Program-made: the position numbers and the translations under genes
DNA from: Eutreptiella sp. 'Long Island Sound 2002'
Taxonomy: Eukaryota > Protista > Euglenida
DNA: 64,000 nucleotides
Direction: 5' to 3'
Assembly (NCBI GenBank): GCA_964036045.1
Contig: OZ038378.1
Location: 6,572,001 to 6,636,000, forward strand
Notes under the pieces: generated by a model
Told to the model about the DNA's origin: nothing
The model's input: the letters and a program-made list of their open reading frames with translations, nothing else
The model's database searches: none
In this document: positions 36,428 through 49,287 of the stretch, one piece after another
How positions within the stretch are numbered: position 1 is the first letter of the stretch
Layout: the number at the start of each line of letters is the position of its first letter

Positions 36428-37947
36428 ATGTCTAATGTGGATGAGTCTAAAGATGAGGAACCGAAGGTGGAAAGAAGAAAGTTCACGCGCAAAGGAAGGG
36501 GTGCGCTCATGGCGAAGGCACTAGACTTGGGCAACGAGGAAGACAAACAGTTTTGGACTCAGGAGTTCTTTCAGGAAGCAGAGCACGACGAGCAATACGA
36601 AGAGGAAAGCTCTTCATCGTCGGAAGAAGTGGACAGTGATTTTGACGATAATGAAGAGGATAATGAAGAGGATAATGAAGAGGCCAACGAGAAGAAGCTG
36701 CTGAAGCAAGAACGCATGGAACGCCGCAAGAACCAAAAAAAGACAAAATACGTGGACCCAGCAGAGCAGAGGAAGAAGAAACAACAGCGGCAAGCAGCCC
36801 TGGCAAAGACAAGAGAGAAAAAGGCTGCTGAGAAGGCAGAGAAGGCGGAAGAGACTGGAGATGGAGGAGAAGATCATGATGATGAAAGCATCAAGACCAA
36901 GAAGAAGCGAAAGAGGACGGTCATTGATGATGATGAAGAGGAATGCACAGACCGGAGGTCAAGCCGCCCACAGACGGCAGCCAAGTCCAGGGCATTGGCT
37001 CATCGCATGGAAATGGAAGAGGCGGAGCGGGAGTATCGCCCAAGACAAAAGCGCAGGGCTCGCAAAAAGAAGGTCATCACACAGGAGGAGCGGTTGCGGG
37101 AGGCCGAGGTGACAGCGCAACAGAACACTGAGTCCCTCAAAAAACTCTTGCATCGAGAGGAGGAGGAGAAAAAGAAACGCAAGGCGGCTTGCCGCCGAAG
37201 GGATGTCACGATCACTGGCCCTGCGGTTCGATTGGATGACAGCATCCGAAGTGGTGAGCACAAAGTGAGAGTCAGCTTTCGAGATTACTGGCCCGAGATC
37301 TTCAAGGAAGCCACACGAGAGCCCAGTAAGTCCATGGTCTGTTGTGTCACGGGGGAAAAGATGCGGTATCGGGACCCACTAAGTGGGCAGCCATACAAAG
37401 ACAAGGATGCGTTTCAGGTCCTGCGCAAATGCTACGAGCTCCTATGGAAGCATTTGTCCTTCAAGCACGGCGGTAGTAAGGGCATGAACGTGCGGTTTCA
37501 GGAGCTGCACAACATCAAGAGCATGCTACCAGAACAAAGGGACAAGCTGAACGATGTTTTTCCGAGTTACCTACCAATGTTGCTCGAAGTCCACAACAAA
37601 GATGCTGATACAATACAGCTCGCGATTAAGAAAGTCAGCAATGAGCTGCAGCCCAAAAGGGCGCCTGCAAGCCCCACGCCTGATGCACCTACGAGCAGTA
37701 CGACTGCGGGGACTGAGGAAGGGGCAACACCGGGCAATTTGGGCATGGCTGTGGGGGCTGCGTTGAACTCTGCTGCAGTCAAATTCGCCAACGTTGCTGA
37801 CCCTGCATCGATGAAGAGCGAGGAGTTACAGCAATTGATGTCAGCCGCATTGCAACACCAGCACCAGCATGTTTCGCAGCAACAGCAGCTTCTGTTGCAG
37901 CAACAGCTCCAACACCACCAGCAACATTTTCCTCAGTTGCAGCAAGC

Positions 37948-37983
<36 letters not shown>

Positions 37984-38692
37984 TTACCACCACCACCGCC
38001 ATCAGCAGCATCAGCAGCAACACCATCAGCCTCATCAACATCAGCAGCAACATCAGCAACAGCTACTACAACAGCAGCAGCAGCAACAGCAGCAGCATCT
38101 GACGGCCACATCGTTTATGCCGTCAGGGCAACAAGCTCCACAGCCACAGCCACCTCTCGACCAGACTACAGTCTCTGCTGGAGATCCACAGCGAACGTCG
38201 CAGCCCACTTCGCTGTCCACCGCCAGGCAGCCCAATACAGCTGCTCATGCAGTGCCAGTGCAGCCAATGTACCCAACTACCACAGACTCTTCCTCTGCAA
38301 ATCTGTTCTCCAGTTTGGCGAGTGCAAATCCTAGTCAGGTGCACTATCAGACACCCATGATGACGGATCAGGCCGCATTGCAACAGCAGCTGCTGTATGG
38401 CCAAATGTACGGGCAGAAAGATTCGGTTTCGTCGGGTGGTGCTGTGGCAGGGGTCTCCACAACAGCAGCGACTGATGGTGCCCAGGCCCAGCAACTGGCA
38501 TACCAACAACTTGCCCAGTATTACAACCCCAACGCCGCCTTCTACAACCAAGCGTGGACTCAGGCTGCATCGCTTCAGCATCACTTCAATCCACATTACA
38601 TGCAGTTGGCCAACTACTACCAACAGCAATCTCAACACGCATTCAATCAAAAAGTGCAGCAGGCCCCCAAACCAGGTGCGGGAAGTTCTTGA
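36428..38692 (+). CDS. VPS72: VPS72/YL1 (SWR1/SRCAP complex H2A.Z chaperone subunit), 754 aa, intronless, with a Gln-rich C-terminal extension
   Basis: YL1 N-terminal signature RKGRGALM...FFQEAEHDEQYEE...VDSDFD, then TQEERLREAEVTAQQNTESL, then YL1_C motif CCVTGEKMRYRDPLSGQPYKDKDAFQVLR. Longest ORF in the window. Confidence 0.9.
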
Positions 38693-39479
38693 GGCCCAGG
38701 CTCGGCGCTGGTGCGTAGCCTGAGGTCCACGTCTTCCCCTTTGCGGATTGCAGCAGGACATGAGACACGAGGACGTTTCAGTCCGAAGTCACATGGGGCT
38801 CACTCCATCCAAATGAACCGACCGGGATAGACCGTTGTGGATTCATTGGTGCAACCCATTCGTCCAGGAAAGACCTAAAACAAAGTCCTGGGGGGGGGGG
38901 CTGTCCTTAAAGGCTGTCCCCTAATGCGGTATGGAGCTGCGGAAGAGAGTTGCCTCTGCTCACAGTCGCGGCCTCTGCCCCCAAGGCGTCCACTCTCCCA
39001 CACGCCGGAAGGGCTTCACATGCAGTCGTCCACGAAGTCCGGCGGGTGCTCTCCCCCCACGGAGTCAAGGATGGGGCGGAGGAGGGGGTTTGGATTGCAC
39101 ATCCGCACGGATCCGACTATCTGTCCCGGGACGGAGTCCGTGGCTTCGCGGTAGACGGTGTGGACCGCCCGCGTTCAGGTGCGTGCCAGGGGCCTCGGAC
39201 CGGCTGCGCAAATCACGGAACTTTGTGGGTGGTAGCGGAGCCGCAGCCAGGGATGTATTGGAAGGGGGGGGGGGGGGGGGCTCCCGGGAGGACGCACCGC
39301 TCCAGGTACTGGGGTGTCTGTGACCCGTGAGCTGGATGGGGTGCCGCAACGTGTAAGGGGTAACATTACGCCGGCGTCCTGAGATTTTGCAGGCAACATC
39401 ACCCCACTTACAAACCATCATTTTACCTCCAACACTAATGGGTCTGACTACCCACATCTGACTATCTTCGTACCTCCAG

Positions 39480-39604
39480 ATAGGGCTTGCCATCATGGCG
39501 TGGCAGTTGCCTGCCGCACTAGAGAGCGCCTCTGCATTACATGTATATGAGCTGTGGGTCTGCACCCTGTGCCCTGACTTCCAGGGATCCAGTGTATCAT
39601 ATAC
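39480..39604 (+). CDS. Candidate internal exon, possibly of the downstream ankyrin gene
   Basis: ctccag acceptor and strong gtgagt donor; frame IGLAIMAWQLPAALESASALHVYELWVCTLCPDFQGSSVSY. Confidence 0.25.
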
Positions 39605-40361
39605 GTGAGTCGCCCAATTTCCAAGAGCTATCTTGAGTACTTGTGAACTCTTCAAGTCAGCCCCCCCCCCCCCCCTCAAAAAAAAAGAGTATGGACACTG
39701 GATGACTTTCCTTGACCTTCCCACTGCTAGTTCCAAAAATGCCATGTGCATTTGTCCACAAGTCTCACCGCACAATAGTAGGATGATGTTTCAATCGCTT
39801 GCCCTTTGCCTTTGTTCTTTTCTACAGCATGCAACCTAACCCGCAACTGCCACCCAGAAGCAGAGAGCATGGCCAGGCAACCACAGAGCAAACATAACCA
39901 CAGTCAGCAGTGGAGCCTCTTTACCTCTGTCGGCGCTGAAGGCTCTCTACCACGTGCTCCCACTGGGACACAGGGATGAAGTCCAATAGTCTTCAAGCCC
40001 AAGGCCTATGCTCCATGAACAAATGCACACACACACACTCTCTCTCTTTGTTTTTTTTCTGCTCAATTTGCTTCTAGGCTAGGTGTGAGCAGAAGGAGCT
40101 AGGGACTACTGAGTCAGACACATGACAACAAGTGGTATTTTGCACACGATGCTAGTCTCACGACCCAATTCGCACCCACAAGGATTTCAGTACGGCCTTG
40201 GCAATGGGATGTGGAGTGCCGTGCAGAGCACGAATGATGGAGCATGCTTGTGTTGCAGATAGGGCCCGGACTGTTGGTTCTGAAAGTAGTTGGGCAGGGA
40301 ATAGCAGGCCTTGCATTTGAGTGCCAAAGACTATCTTAGTTTCGGTTGCTTCACACGACAG

Positions 40362-40595
40362 CTAGTACTCCCCCCCCCCTTGTCCAAGCCCCGCCCTTGG
40401 GAGCAACTGGGTTCGGAGGAAATGCCCAGTGATGTTTCGTCTTCGGAACGGTCGCATGGCAGTGACGGGGAGGGGGGGTCTGGAGCGGAGACAAGTGACA
40501 CATGGGATACAGACAGCTCGTCAGATGAGGCGTCGGGCTCGTCAGCGTTCAGCACGGATGTCAGTGACACGCGCAAGCGCAGGAGGAAGGCAGGG
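40362..40595 (+). CDS. Candidate acidic/Ser-rich exon with an NLS-like RKRRRK, possibly upstream part of the ankyrin gene
   Basis: AG/GT-bounded, phase 0/0 open frame ...MPSDVSSSERSHGSDGEGG...DTRKRRRKAG; phase-compatible with the exon at 44207. Confidence 0.4.
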
Positions 40596-42749
40596 GTACA
40601 TCTGACCTGTGTTGGCGCCTTTGACGCTGTTTGCTAACCAAGAGTGCAATCCTGATGGCATATTGCCTTTCTGACCGATCCATGCCAGAACAGTACCGTG
40701 CGGACAAGTTGTGACGGCGCCTCTCGCGCCGTATCTGCGGACAATCTGTGGCGGCGGCTTCGCCACCGTATCCATGGCTATGTACTGTGATTGGGCGCAG
40801 GTCTGTCGGTGGGGACCCATCGCTGGACTTTCCACCGTTTTATGGCCAAGCACCGCCCTTGTCCAAGCACCACTACCTGCTGAGGGTAGGGAGGGCGACC
40901 TGACCTATCCTGACGAACTGTGGCGGCGCCTCCGGCGCCGTATCCGAGGAAGAGCTGTGGCGCTTCGCTGGACAGATGGGACAATGTTTGCCGCGGCTCC
41001 GCCGCGTGATACTTGCTGATTGAGGGCATAGGTCTGTCGGTGGGGACCTATTGCTGAACTTTCCACTGTTCTATGGCCAAGCACCACTACCCAGTCAAAC
41101 CGCCGTTTTTTGCACCATCAATTTGTGTTTGTGTTCCGCATGCGATACAAGCGGGGCACTGGGTTTTGTTCTGAGCCCATGTAATTCCCTCTCACTGAAC
41201 CAGCCCATGACATGAGAAACTGTGATGCAGATTGACAGAGTCCAGAGTTCTGGAGTGCTGTGCTGCTGAATGTGTCCTTGCTTTTGTGCCAGACACACCC
41301 TGGGGTCTAGGGGACACGTCAGGCGTTGAAAACGGTTTTTGACCAGGGGTGCTGCGCGCAGTCACCGGCCTTGTCCAAGCACCACTACCCGGTGAAACCG
41401 TCGTTTTCTGTGCCTTTGGTGGTGCTTGGAAAAGGGGGTGGGGGTAGTTGAGCTGTGCATTTTGTGCACGTCATTGTGTGGATGCCTGCACCCATGTACA
41501 CGCACACCGATGGTGCATGGTGGGGACACATTGCTTTGGCACACATACCCATTCTCGTCGAATTGAGTTCATTTGATTTGATCTGGGTTCAACACTGTTG
41601 CATGACATTTCTGGATCTAGTTTGTGCATACACTACTGTGCAATGGTTTGGTTTGGACCCATCCACGAGTTTAGCCCTAGTCAGCATGCAAATCCTTGCA
41701 CTGTGTGCTGTGTGCACCGTGCAACAACAGTCCCTAGGCCTGTAGAGCCTGTGCACCTGTGTAGAGATCCATGGAACCCAGATTGCATTCGCATGTCTGC
41801 TGTGGTGCACAACACTTCCGTTTGTGTGGCGCATGCTGTTCCTTTTGTTGCACAAGCCTGTCCCTTTTTTGTGCAGTGGCATGGTCGCAGGGAGCCGTGG
41901 GTGCGTACGAAGAATGCACACACCAAGTTCAGAGGTAATGGACTGCAAATGAGAGGTTGCAGTGGTGCAGAAAACGTGCATTAGGTGTGTAGGTGGATGG
42001 GTGCGTTTTTTTTTCAATGAATTGCATCTGTGAGTAGTACATTTTTTTGGTCGCGGATGTTTCCCCACATGACTGATTTTCCTTGCTTTTTGCACATTAT
42101 GCACCTGTACAGCATGTTTGAGGCAAGCTTGAGCAGGCCGCGTACAATGGTATAGCCAACTGCCTCAGGATGTCTCATGCTGCTGTTCTTCGGCTGTCGT
42201 TGTGGACAAGGCGCCAGCCGTTGCGTTTTTTCAGGGGGTAACATTTGTGGTTGGATTTTGGGAGATTTGCTCAAAAAGAGCAGGGCAAAGGGCAAGCATT
42301 CCCTTGGGAACCATTGATCAGCAGCCAAGCAGCCATGGTTCCCGTTGGTGAAAGCCACTCCTCTGGGTCTTCTGGGTCTGGGGAGCTGAATTCCGTGGCT
42401 ATCATAGTAATTCCCAAACCTGTGGCCAAAGATTCTAATTTCCATACTTAATTGAAGTAATTATTGTGCATCAGGGTAGGGCATGCAGATGGGTGATAAA
42501 CAAAGAATTCGTCCCACTGGCCATGCGAAAGGAGGGACCTGGTAATGACTGCAAAGGCCAGGTATGCATCTTGAACAGACCTGTGGTTTTAGCTGTGCAT
42601 ACTAACAGGGTGCAAGCGTGCGCAACCGTGCAGAGGTTAGGATTCCAACTGTACGTAGCCGTGTAGCCACGATGTGTGCAACCATGCGTAACCGTGCGCA
42701 ACCTTGTAACAGCACTTTTTTGTCCGGAGAGCCCCTCAGGTGTCAGCCG

Positions 42750-44000
42750 CATCCGATGATGGTATTTATTGGTACAATACTGGAGGGGTGGGGTTCTTTT
42801 ATTGAGGTCCACTTCTTGGCCAACAAAACGGAACAAAACAAAACGAACGTAGAAGCAGACCCATAACATGATATCATTCACACCGCGGAGAGGCAAGTCT
42901 GTAGCACCAAGTGGAATATTCTGACAGCATTTATGGTATGAAAAGATGGGTATTGGGTGCTACCGTGGGTGTGGAAGTCAGAAGTTGCTTGGGCCACAGG
43001 GTAGTGTGGTGTGCTTGTCAGAAAGCAGTAGACACTCAGACCTTCAGCCGAGGCATGCCGCCACATGTCGGTCAGCAAGTGACGTTTTGCCAGAATTTGT
43101 GGTCCCATTTTCTGTTTATGCATTATTTCCTCTTGGATACTTGGACTACCCATTCTAGTGACATGTTGGCGAATTGGATCAAGAAACCCGAACAGCAAGC
43201 AGCTGCAGCAGCACCAGTGCGCAGGCACCCAGCCCCAAGAACCCCACCACCAACCCACGTTCTAGCGATGTTAGCCTGGAATTGACCAGGAGTTCTTGGG
43301 AAACAAACAGTACCCTTAAACAGAAGTACCACCAGCACCAATCAGACTGTGCGAGGGAATCAGGCGCAAGCGTGCGTAACCGTGCGCGTACGGCTATAAC
43401 CACAGGTCTGATCCTGAAAGGGTTACCAGCAAGTCACAGCAGTGTTCAGAAGAACAGAGGGTCAATGAGTGCACAGGCAAACAGACAGACCTCTCGAAGG
43501 GACTTTGTGCTGATTCCAAGACAGGGGGTGAATGGGCCAAGGGAATTGGGTTCCAAAAATGTTGAGGCTGGTGCAAAGGTACAGCAGATTCGGTGTCTCA
43601 CTGCTGTCTTATGTTCTGCCAGCCACCAAATTTCTGTTGTGGTGCACACATATGGCCACGGTCACCATCTGGGAAGCATCCGGAGCCAATGGCGGCAAAA
43701 AGGCCAGTCTTGAGCAACTTACTGCACTGTTGACACAGGGTGAGGTATGTGGTGTCGTGCCTGCTATGTGCCATGCACCATGCACACATGCCATTGGAGG
43801 GGTTTGAGGCATTGTTGGTAGTAATTTCCCAGGCGCTTGATGGCTGTTGCACTGCCTCCTAAGAACAATGACGGCGGGTTGTTGAAAGTTCTATTGTCAT
43901 TGTGGTTTATCGTGTTTTGGTGGGGATTTGTTCGCACCCCAATCATTTTTGATTTCTTTGCAGTCATTTTCTGGGAGTTTTCTGAGTGCCTTTCACATTT
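42750..44000 (+). mobile_element. Possible degenerate hAT-like transposase relic within an intron
   Basis: Fragmented frames with faint DUF659-like patterns (IRCLTAVLCS...HTYGHGHHLGSIRSQW; VALPPKNNDGGLLKVL). Weak, and orientation is uncertain. Confidence 0.15.
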
Positions 44001-44206
44001 ATGCAGTTCCACTGTATGTGGCATGCGGAAGTACAGGCTAGTCTGAGGACATTCTCCCCACAATTTTGCTGTTTTATCGCATTTTGATGTGTGTGTGTTG
44101 GCGGTGCACTGGCATGTGATGTGAGAATTGCCCAGGGACTCAGGAGTGTACTGGAATCATGAGTTGATTGTTGGTCCAGACGTCTTTGTTTGCATCATTT
44201 CCACAG

Positions 44207-44300
44207 AGCGTCAATCAACCCGACTGGGCGGGTTGCACCCCATTGCACTGTGCAGCCCCGGAGGGTAATTTTGCTATCCTGACATACCTACTGGAGCATG
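44207..44300 (+). CDS. Ankyrin-repeat protein exon
   Basis: ccacag acceptor and gtattc donor; SVNQPDWAGCTPLHCAAPEGNFAILTYLLEH(G). Splices in frame to 44797. Confidence 0.85.
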
Positions 44301-44796
44301 GTATTCCCCTCTGCACCTTCATCATTGATGTGTTCGCATAAAGCCAGAGGGCTGGGGCAGGTGTATGGCTTTTGCTTTGGATTGAGGCTGATCCATCAGT
44401 TCCAACCAACTGCGACGTAGGGCCAGGTTGCAGACCAGGCTGAGCCACACGGTTTTGCCTGTGGGGGCTGTGATGAGCGCTGTAGGACTTTTGACTACTG
44501 TGGCTTGCGTTGCGCGTCAACATTTGTTGGTTTGCTGGAATATCAATGTTTGGCTGTGTCACACCCCCCGGCAATTCCACCCATGCAAACCGAACAGCTT
44601 GTGAAGTGTTGCTGTGTTGCGAGATTTTGGCCTCGCTCTTTCGTTCCAAATACCCTGGAGTGTAGCTGTATGAGTGAAGTATTACTGACGGCCAGGATAT
44701 CATATGACGGATGGGCACAGGCGGTTCTGTGGACCGCAGCAATGTGCATGACACTGCTGCCATGCAGTGCTGACGGTGTTTGTTTGCTCTGGGCAG

Positions 44797-44879
44797 GTGC
44801 GGAGGTGAACAAGACCACACCCTATGGATTGACCCCACTGCATTTTGCATGTTATTACGGTCGACTCGAAAATGCAAAG
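44797..44879 (+). CDS. Ankyrin-repeat protein exon
   Basis: gcag acceptor and gtatg donor; GAEVNKTTPYGLTPLHFACYYGRLENAK. Splices in frame to 46377. Confidence 0.9.
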
Positions 44880-45284
44880 GTATGCCTGTGCCATGCATTC
44901 CCAGGGCAGGGCGATTCTGAATCGTTCCTCTCCACGTTGGCGCCCATTGCCCCGAAATAATTGATACTGCCACCAGCTGACCGTTGACCTGCCATTTGCA
45001 AACCGCTGGACCATGGACCGCTGCCGCTTGGCCACCAACCGTCATCGGTTGGGCATCGACCATCGTCAGTTTGCTGACAACTAGAGCGCCCCCTGAGGGT
45101 CCTGGGTGCCAAAAGGACAAAACAAGAGGAGTGCTGGTGCCTGCAACCCCGTGGCACCCCACAGATGGTGGAGGTGGTGACAACCTCCAGGGCGAATCTC
45201 GCACGAGGCCTGGGAGGGTTCAGGCCCTTTGGGTTTACTCCCGTGCCGGTTCAGCTGGGTCAGTACCCCCCCCCCCCCCCCTTG

Positions 45285-45600
45285 CGCATGCACGGCCTTG
45301 TCTAAGCACGGGGTGGGCGTTGAACCGCCGTTGAGGAAATTTTGGGACCGCTGTTTTTGTGGTCCAGAATGGAGGATTGGGTGTTTGTAGAGCGTTTGTA
45401 CAGGGAAAGAGGGGCTCAGTCACGTTTGTGATAGTGCATTGTGTTCATAACAACATTGTACCACACATTGCAACCCCATGCTGTTTGTTCTGATGTGATT
45501 TTCAGCCATGGCTAACAATGTTATTCCCGGCATGGCTGTCACGTGTGTCGCACGCATGCACGGCCTTGTCTAAGCACGGGGTGGGCGTTGAACCGCCGTT
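45285..45600. repeat. Exact 48 bp direct repeat (45285-45332 and 45553-45600)
   Basis: cgcatgcacggccttgtctaagcacggggtgggcgttgaaccgccgtt occurs twice; a related motif lies at about 41367-41405. Confidence 0.85.
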
Positions 45601-46376
45601 TTGACCTGACTTTTGGAACCGCGGCCGTGCTTGCGCAAGGGGGGGGGGAGTTGTTCAGAAACCTTGGGTTCAGGCCTTGGCCCTGGGGCTCAAGAGCACC
45701 ATGCACTCAGCGGATCAAGTCCCTCGGTGATTGGCGGTTCACCGACAATTGCTGACCAGAGACGTGGCTGGGGGCGTGCGGGCTAATGAAGTGGAAGCGT
45801 GCACAACCGTGCGTGGGTTTGAGTGGCGAGCGCGCGCAACCGTATGCACATGTGCGTAACCTTTCCAGGACATCGTTGTTTGTTGGTGGGCGTGTTGAAG
45901 GATTTGTAAGGCATGATGCTTGGCCTGGTGGGGCACTGGCATTGTGAGGGTAGCATGGGAGTGACCGGAGGGTCTTGATGATCAAATAGTGCCCTTACAT
46001 ATCAACACTCAGCACCCAAATTGTATGGAAACGTTGTGCAGTCTGCAGGTCTGCCTCTTGCAACCGTGTGCAACTGTGTGGAGCGACCCGGCGCAAGTGT
46101 GCGCAGCCGTGCGGCCATTACATGCGCAGCCGTGTGTAGCCGTGCGCACGGCAACAGCCACGCATCTGCTCGTGACAGTGTTTGGCTGGAGGAAACAAGT
46201 GCGATTTGACTTTCTTTTGTTTGCAACTTCAATTTGAAGACCAGGTGTTAGCAGCACGTTGTTAAGAAAAGCATCTGTGTGACCATCCCCCCCCCCCCCG
46301 GTGCACCACAATGCTGTGTGTCAGCCCACAATGTGCTGCATGTGGAGCAGATTCCATGGCATCACCACCATCTCAG

Positions 46377-46527
46377 GTGCTGTTGGCGTACGGAGCGAAC
46401 CTTGGGGCACAGACACACGACGGATTCAGCCCAAAGGACAAAGCACATGAAGGCCAAAGGTCAGGCCGCGCAACAGGGCCTCAGAACAAGTACGCAGAAG
46501 TGATTGATTTACTGACGCGCTGTGAAA
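46377..46527 (+). CDS. Ankyrin-repeat protein exon
   Basis: ctcag acceptor and gtatgt donor; VLLAYGANLGAQTHDGFSPKDKAHEGQRSGRATGPQNKYAEVIDLLTRCE. Confidence 0.85.
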
Positions 46528-46644
46528 GTATGTCCTGTGGGTGGCCATGCACTGGTGCTGAGAGGCTCGGTCTTAGGTTGTTGACCCTTGCAGTTTTGAC
46601 ATGAATTGAAGTACTTGGGCGTCACACACACACTCACACACACA

Positions 46645-46955
46645 AGGGCTCAACCGGGCTAAGCGTAGGTCTCGCAACTTAAAGGTCGTGGGATCGATTC
46701 CCGGACCGGGCATGTCTGAAGGCGGGCGGTGGCAGCCGTGCGTCAAGGGTATCCTTTCTGGGGAAATCACCAAATTGAGTAGGCCCTGGAGGCCGCCTCG
46801 CTGCCGCGAGCACCACCAGAGTTGAAAGCCCCAATACACACACAACACACGGGGCAGCATACCAATGACGGGCTCGTTGAACTAATACCATGGAGCTGGC
46901 CCAGTGGAACCCACGGAGCCACCACCCCACTTCCAGCATGGTCCCAGGGGGCACC
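46645..46955 (+). mobile_element. tRNA-derived SINE, copy 3 (intronic)
   Basis: Head ggctcaaccgggctaagcgtaggtctcgcaacttaaaggtcgtgggatcgattcccgga and a body homologous to copies 1 and 2; begins after a CA tract. Confidence 0.75.
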
Positions 46956-47011
46956 AAGACACAACCGGTGAACGTCACGCCTGGTGGTTATGAATGCGGG
47001 TATGCAACCAC

Positions 47012-47084
47012 GTCGGGTAATAGTATATCCGAAACGCACTTGTCTCCCACGCCATAGATCGCGCGTTCGAATCCCGGTGGGCAC
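47012..47084 (+). other. Second degenerate tRNA-like unit (Gly-CCC-like loop) downstream of SINE copy 3
   Basis: tctcccacgcc...gttcgaatcccgg (B-box-like); stems are poorly paired, so not called as a functional tRNA. Confidence 0.4.
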
Positions 47085-47840
47085 GCCGCCGGAGTTCATT
47101 TTTCATGCAGGTCCAGTCCCAGCCCCAGCCCCTTTCAACCCCTCCCAGCACATGAGCTCCAGCGGCACCCGTGGGTTTTTCGCCCCCGCGTCCGCCAACA
47201 GCACAACGGACTCGCCCAGTGGGGCCTGGGAAGGATGCGCAGGGAAGCACGGGAGCACGGACCAGGGATGCGGGACGCGGTAGGAACACGAGCCCCACTC
47301 CCTCTTGTTGCATGTTGCATGTCATCTCAATCCAGTTCCTGAGGCCCGGCGACAAGGCAACAGAACAAAAGAACTCATGGTTTGGTCGCACATTGTTGAA
47401 CCTCGCAGTTTGAGCATGATTTGAAAGAATTGGGCGTCACACACACACACACCGCCTCTCTGACCCACCTGCAGACCCATACAGGCCTTCCTGTATAATA
47501 TGGCGCCCCCCCCCCCCCCCACACACACGTGTGCACGCACAGACACGCACATGCGCGCGCGCACGCACACACACACACTGGATCCCGAGCCAGACTTGAG
47601 ACAGGTAGAGAGCCGAGACACAGTGTTTAGTCGTGACCCAGGAACCAAGCCTTAATTGCATCGAATGTGTGTACAAAGTACCTCAGAGAACTGCCACAGG
47701 CACGGACAGAGCATGGATTGAATCACCCCCATCACGGGGCAATTGGCAATTGGTACACACACCTCCCACATGCAACCCCCCCCCCACACACAAACACACA
47801 TCTTTTATGGCACCCCCCCACACACTCTCCCACTCACTCA

Positions 47841-47887
<47 letters not shown>

Positions 47888-49209
47888 AAGGATTTGAAGG
47901 TGCAACCATCAGCAACATTTCAGGCAACGACAGTTGCAGGCAACATTCCATGGACTGTCATCGGCGAGCACAAGTGGGTGCTCCAAAATGACCCCCTAGT
48001 GGTGGGGCAATGACGATTTGGTGTGCGCACATCCATCGAGGAAGTGGAGGAAGCCAGACACCACCCTCAGTGCCAGGATCTCCCCTCCCTTCTCCTTGGC
48101 CCACAACAGGGCTGCCCCTTGCTCAAAGTGCAAACTTTCTTTGTACTCTGTTCCGCACCATCCTCTTCCTGAGACTATACATGGGCAGGTACACGATATT
48201 GGTCAAAATGCATTTGCACCTGGAAGAATGTTGCAAGCACTTGTCTCCTTTTCTACCATGTTCTCGTCAGTGGACCCACGTGAGCAGCAGCTGCTCATGC
48301 AGAGCCGCACTCAAATTGCAGCAGCAGGCGCGGTCGCCACCAAACCAGCTGGACCTGGATTGGACGTAATCACTGGTATCACTGTTCTAATGACATTGCC
48401 CATACCCCTGCCCCATTCTGATTGTGCCACCCCATGCGAATCCCGTTTGGCCTGTTTCAGGTGACCCTGCAACCAATCCGGGCGGCCTCTGGCCCCCTGG
48501 TGGGGAACGCCTGGTCCTGATATCCGACTGACGGAGAACAACCAAATTGAGGACCTGCTTGTTGCGTTCTACAAGTGGGCCTATCCCAGCGTCTTCTTGG
48601 GCTCTCGTTCATTGATAATTTTTTCATTTATTCATTCGTGGCAATTTTCCACCCAATTTTCGAAACGGGGCCGAAACGGGATCAGCCCGAATTCTCTGCT
48701 TGAATTCGTGGGTTTTCGGCTGCCGCAATAAACTGCGCAGTTGTAATCAGCCCTGATTTCCATGCTATGAATGCCAAGGGAAACGATTTTTGGATGTTTT
48801 GGGGTGAACACAAGGCAGAGAAATGGGGCAAGGACTGGAAAGAAGAGCACAAGATGGCACCAACATGCGGAATTCGGCACCGGATGCCCCATGACACAGA
48901 ATCTCACAATTTAACAAATGTTGCAACCTGAAGTCCCGTACATCATTTGTTCGATTTCTGCTTCCCCTGAATCAGTGGACCCCTCCCCCCGAAACTTGGG
49001 AACTTAGATCGTTGGACACTCGGGACGTTTGCAGTTTTTGCGTCCACTCAACACTTTTTCCCATGGAGACTTTGTTTGGGGTGGACCCCTTTGCAAGTAA
49101 TGCACCTCGACCCCCATGGGTATGGTGGTTGCAGTGCTGGTTTTCGAGGGCTTGTGGGTAGTGTGTCCGCCCTGTGATGCATGCTTCGGTGTAAATGATG
49201 TTGTTGCAG

Positions 49210-49287
49210 AGCAACACATTGACGAATTCAAAAAAGGCTGCAGAGCGCTGTTTGAGAAATTGAATGCCCCCAGTGGGCGACCTAAAG
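49210..49287 (+). CDS. Candidate internal exon of the ankyrin gene
   Basis: ttgcag acceptor and gtatg donor; EQHIDEFKKGCRALFEKLNAPSGRPK. Confidence 0.55.

Noticed and set aside
38123-38761. 212 aa minus-strand ORF, plus other ORFs overlapping VPS72
   Set aside because: Shadow ORFs of the CAG-rich VPS72 coding strand.
39065-39775. Minus-strand ORF containing RNVTPYTLRH, reminiscent of a tyrosine recombinase HxLRH box
   Set aside because: No other recombinase motifs (upstream Arg, downstream Tyr) were seen, the ORF crosses G-run repeats, and the + strand has better AG/GT-bounded exon candidates here.
44215-45204. 329 aa minus-strand ORF
   Set aside because: Antisense to two clear ankyrin exons; no recognisable domain.
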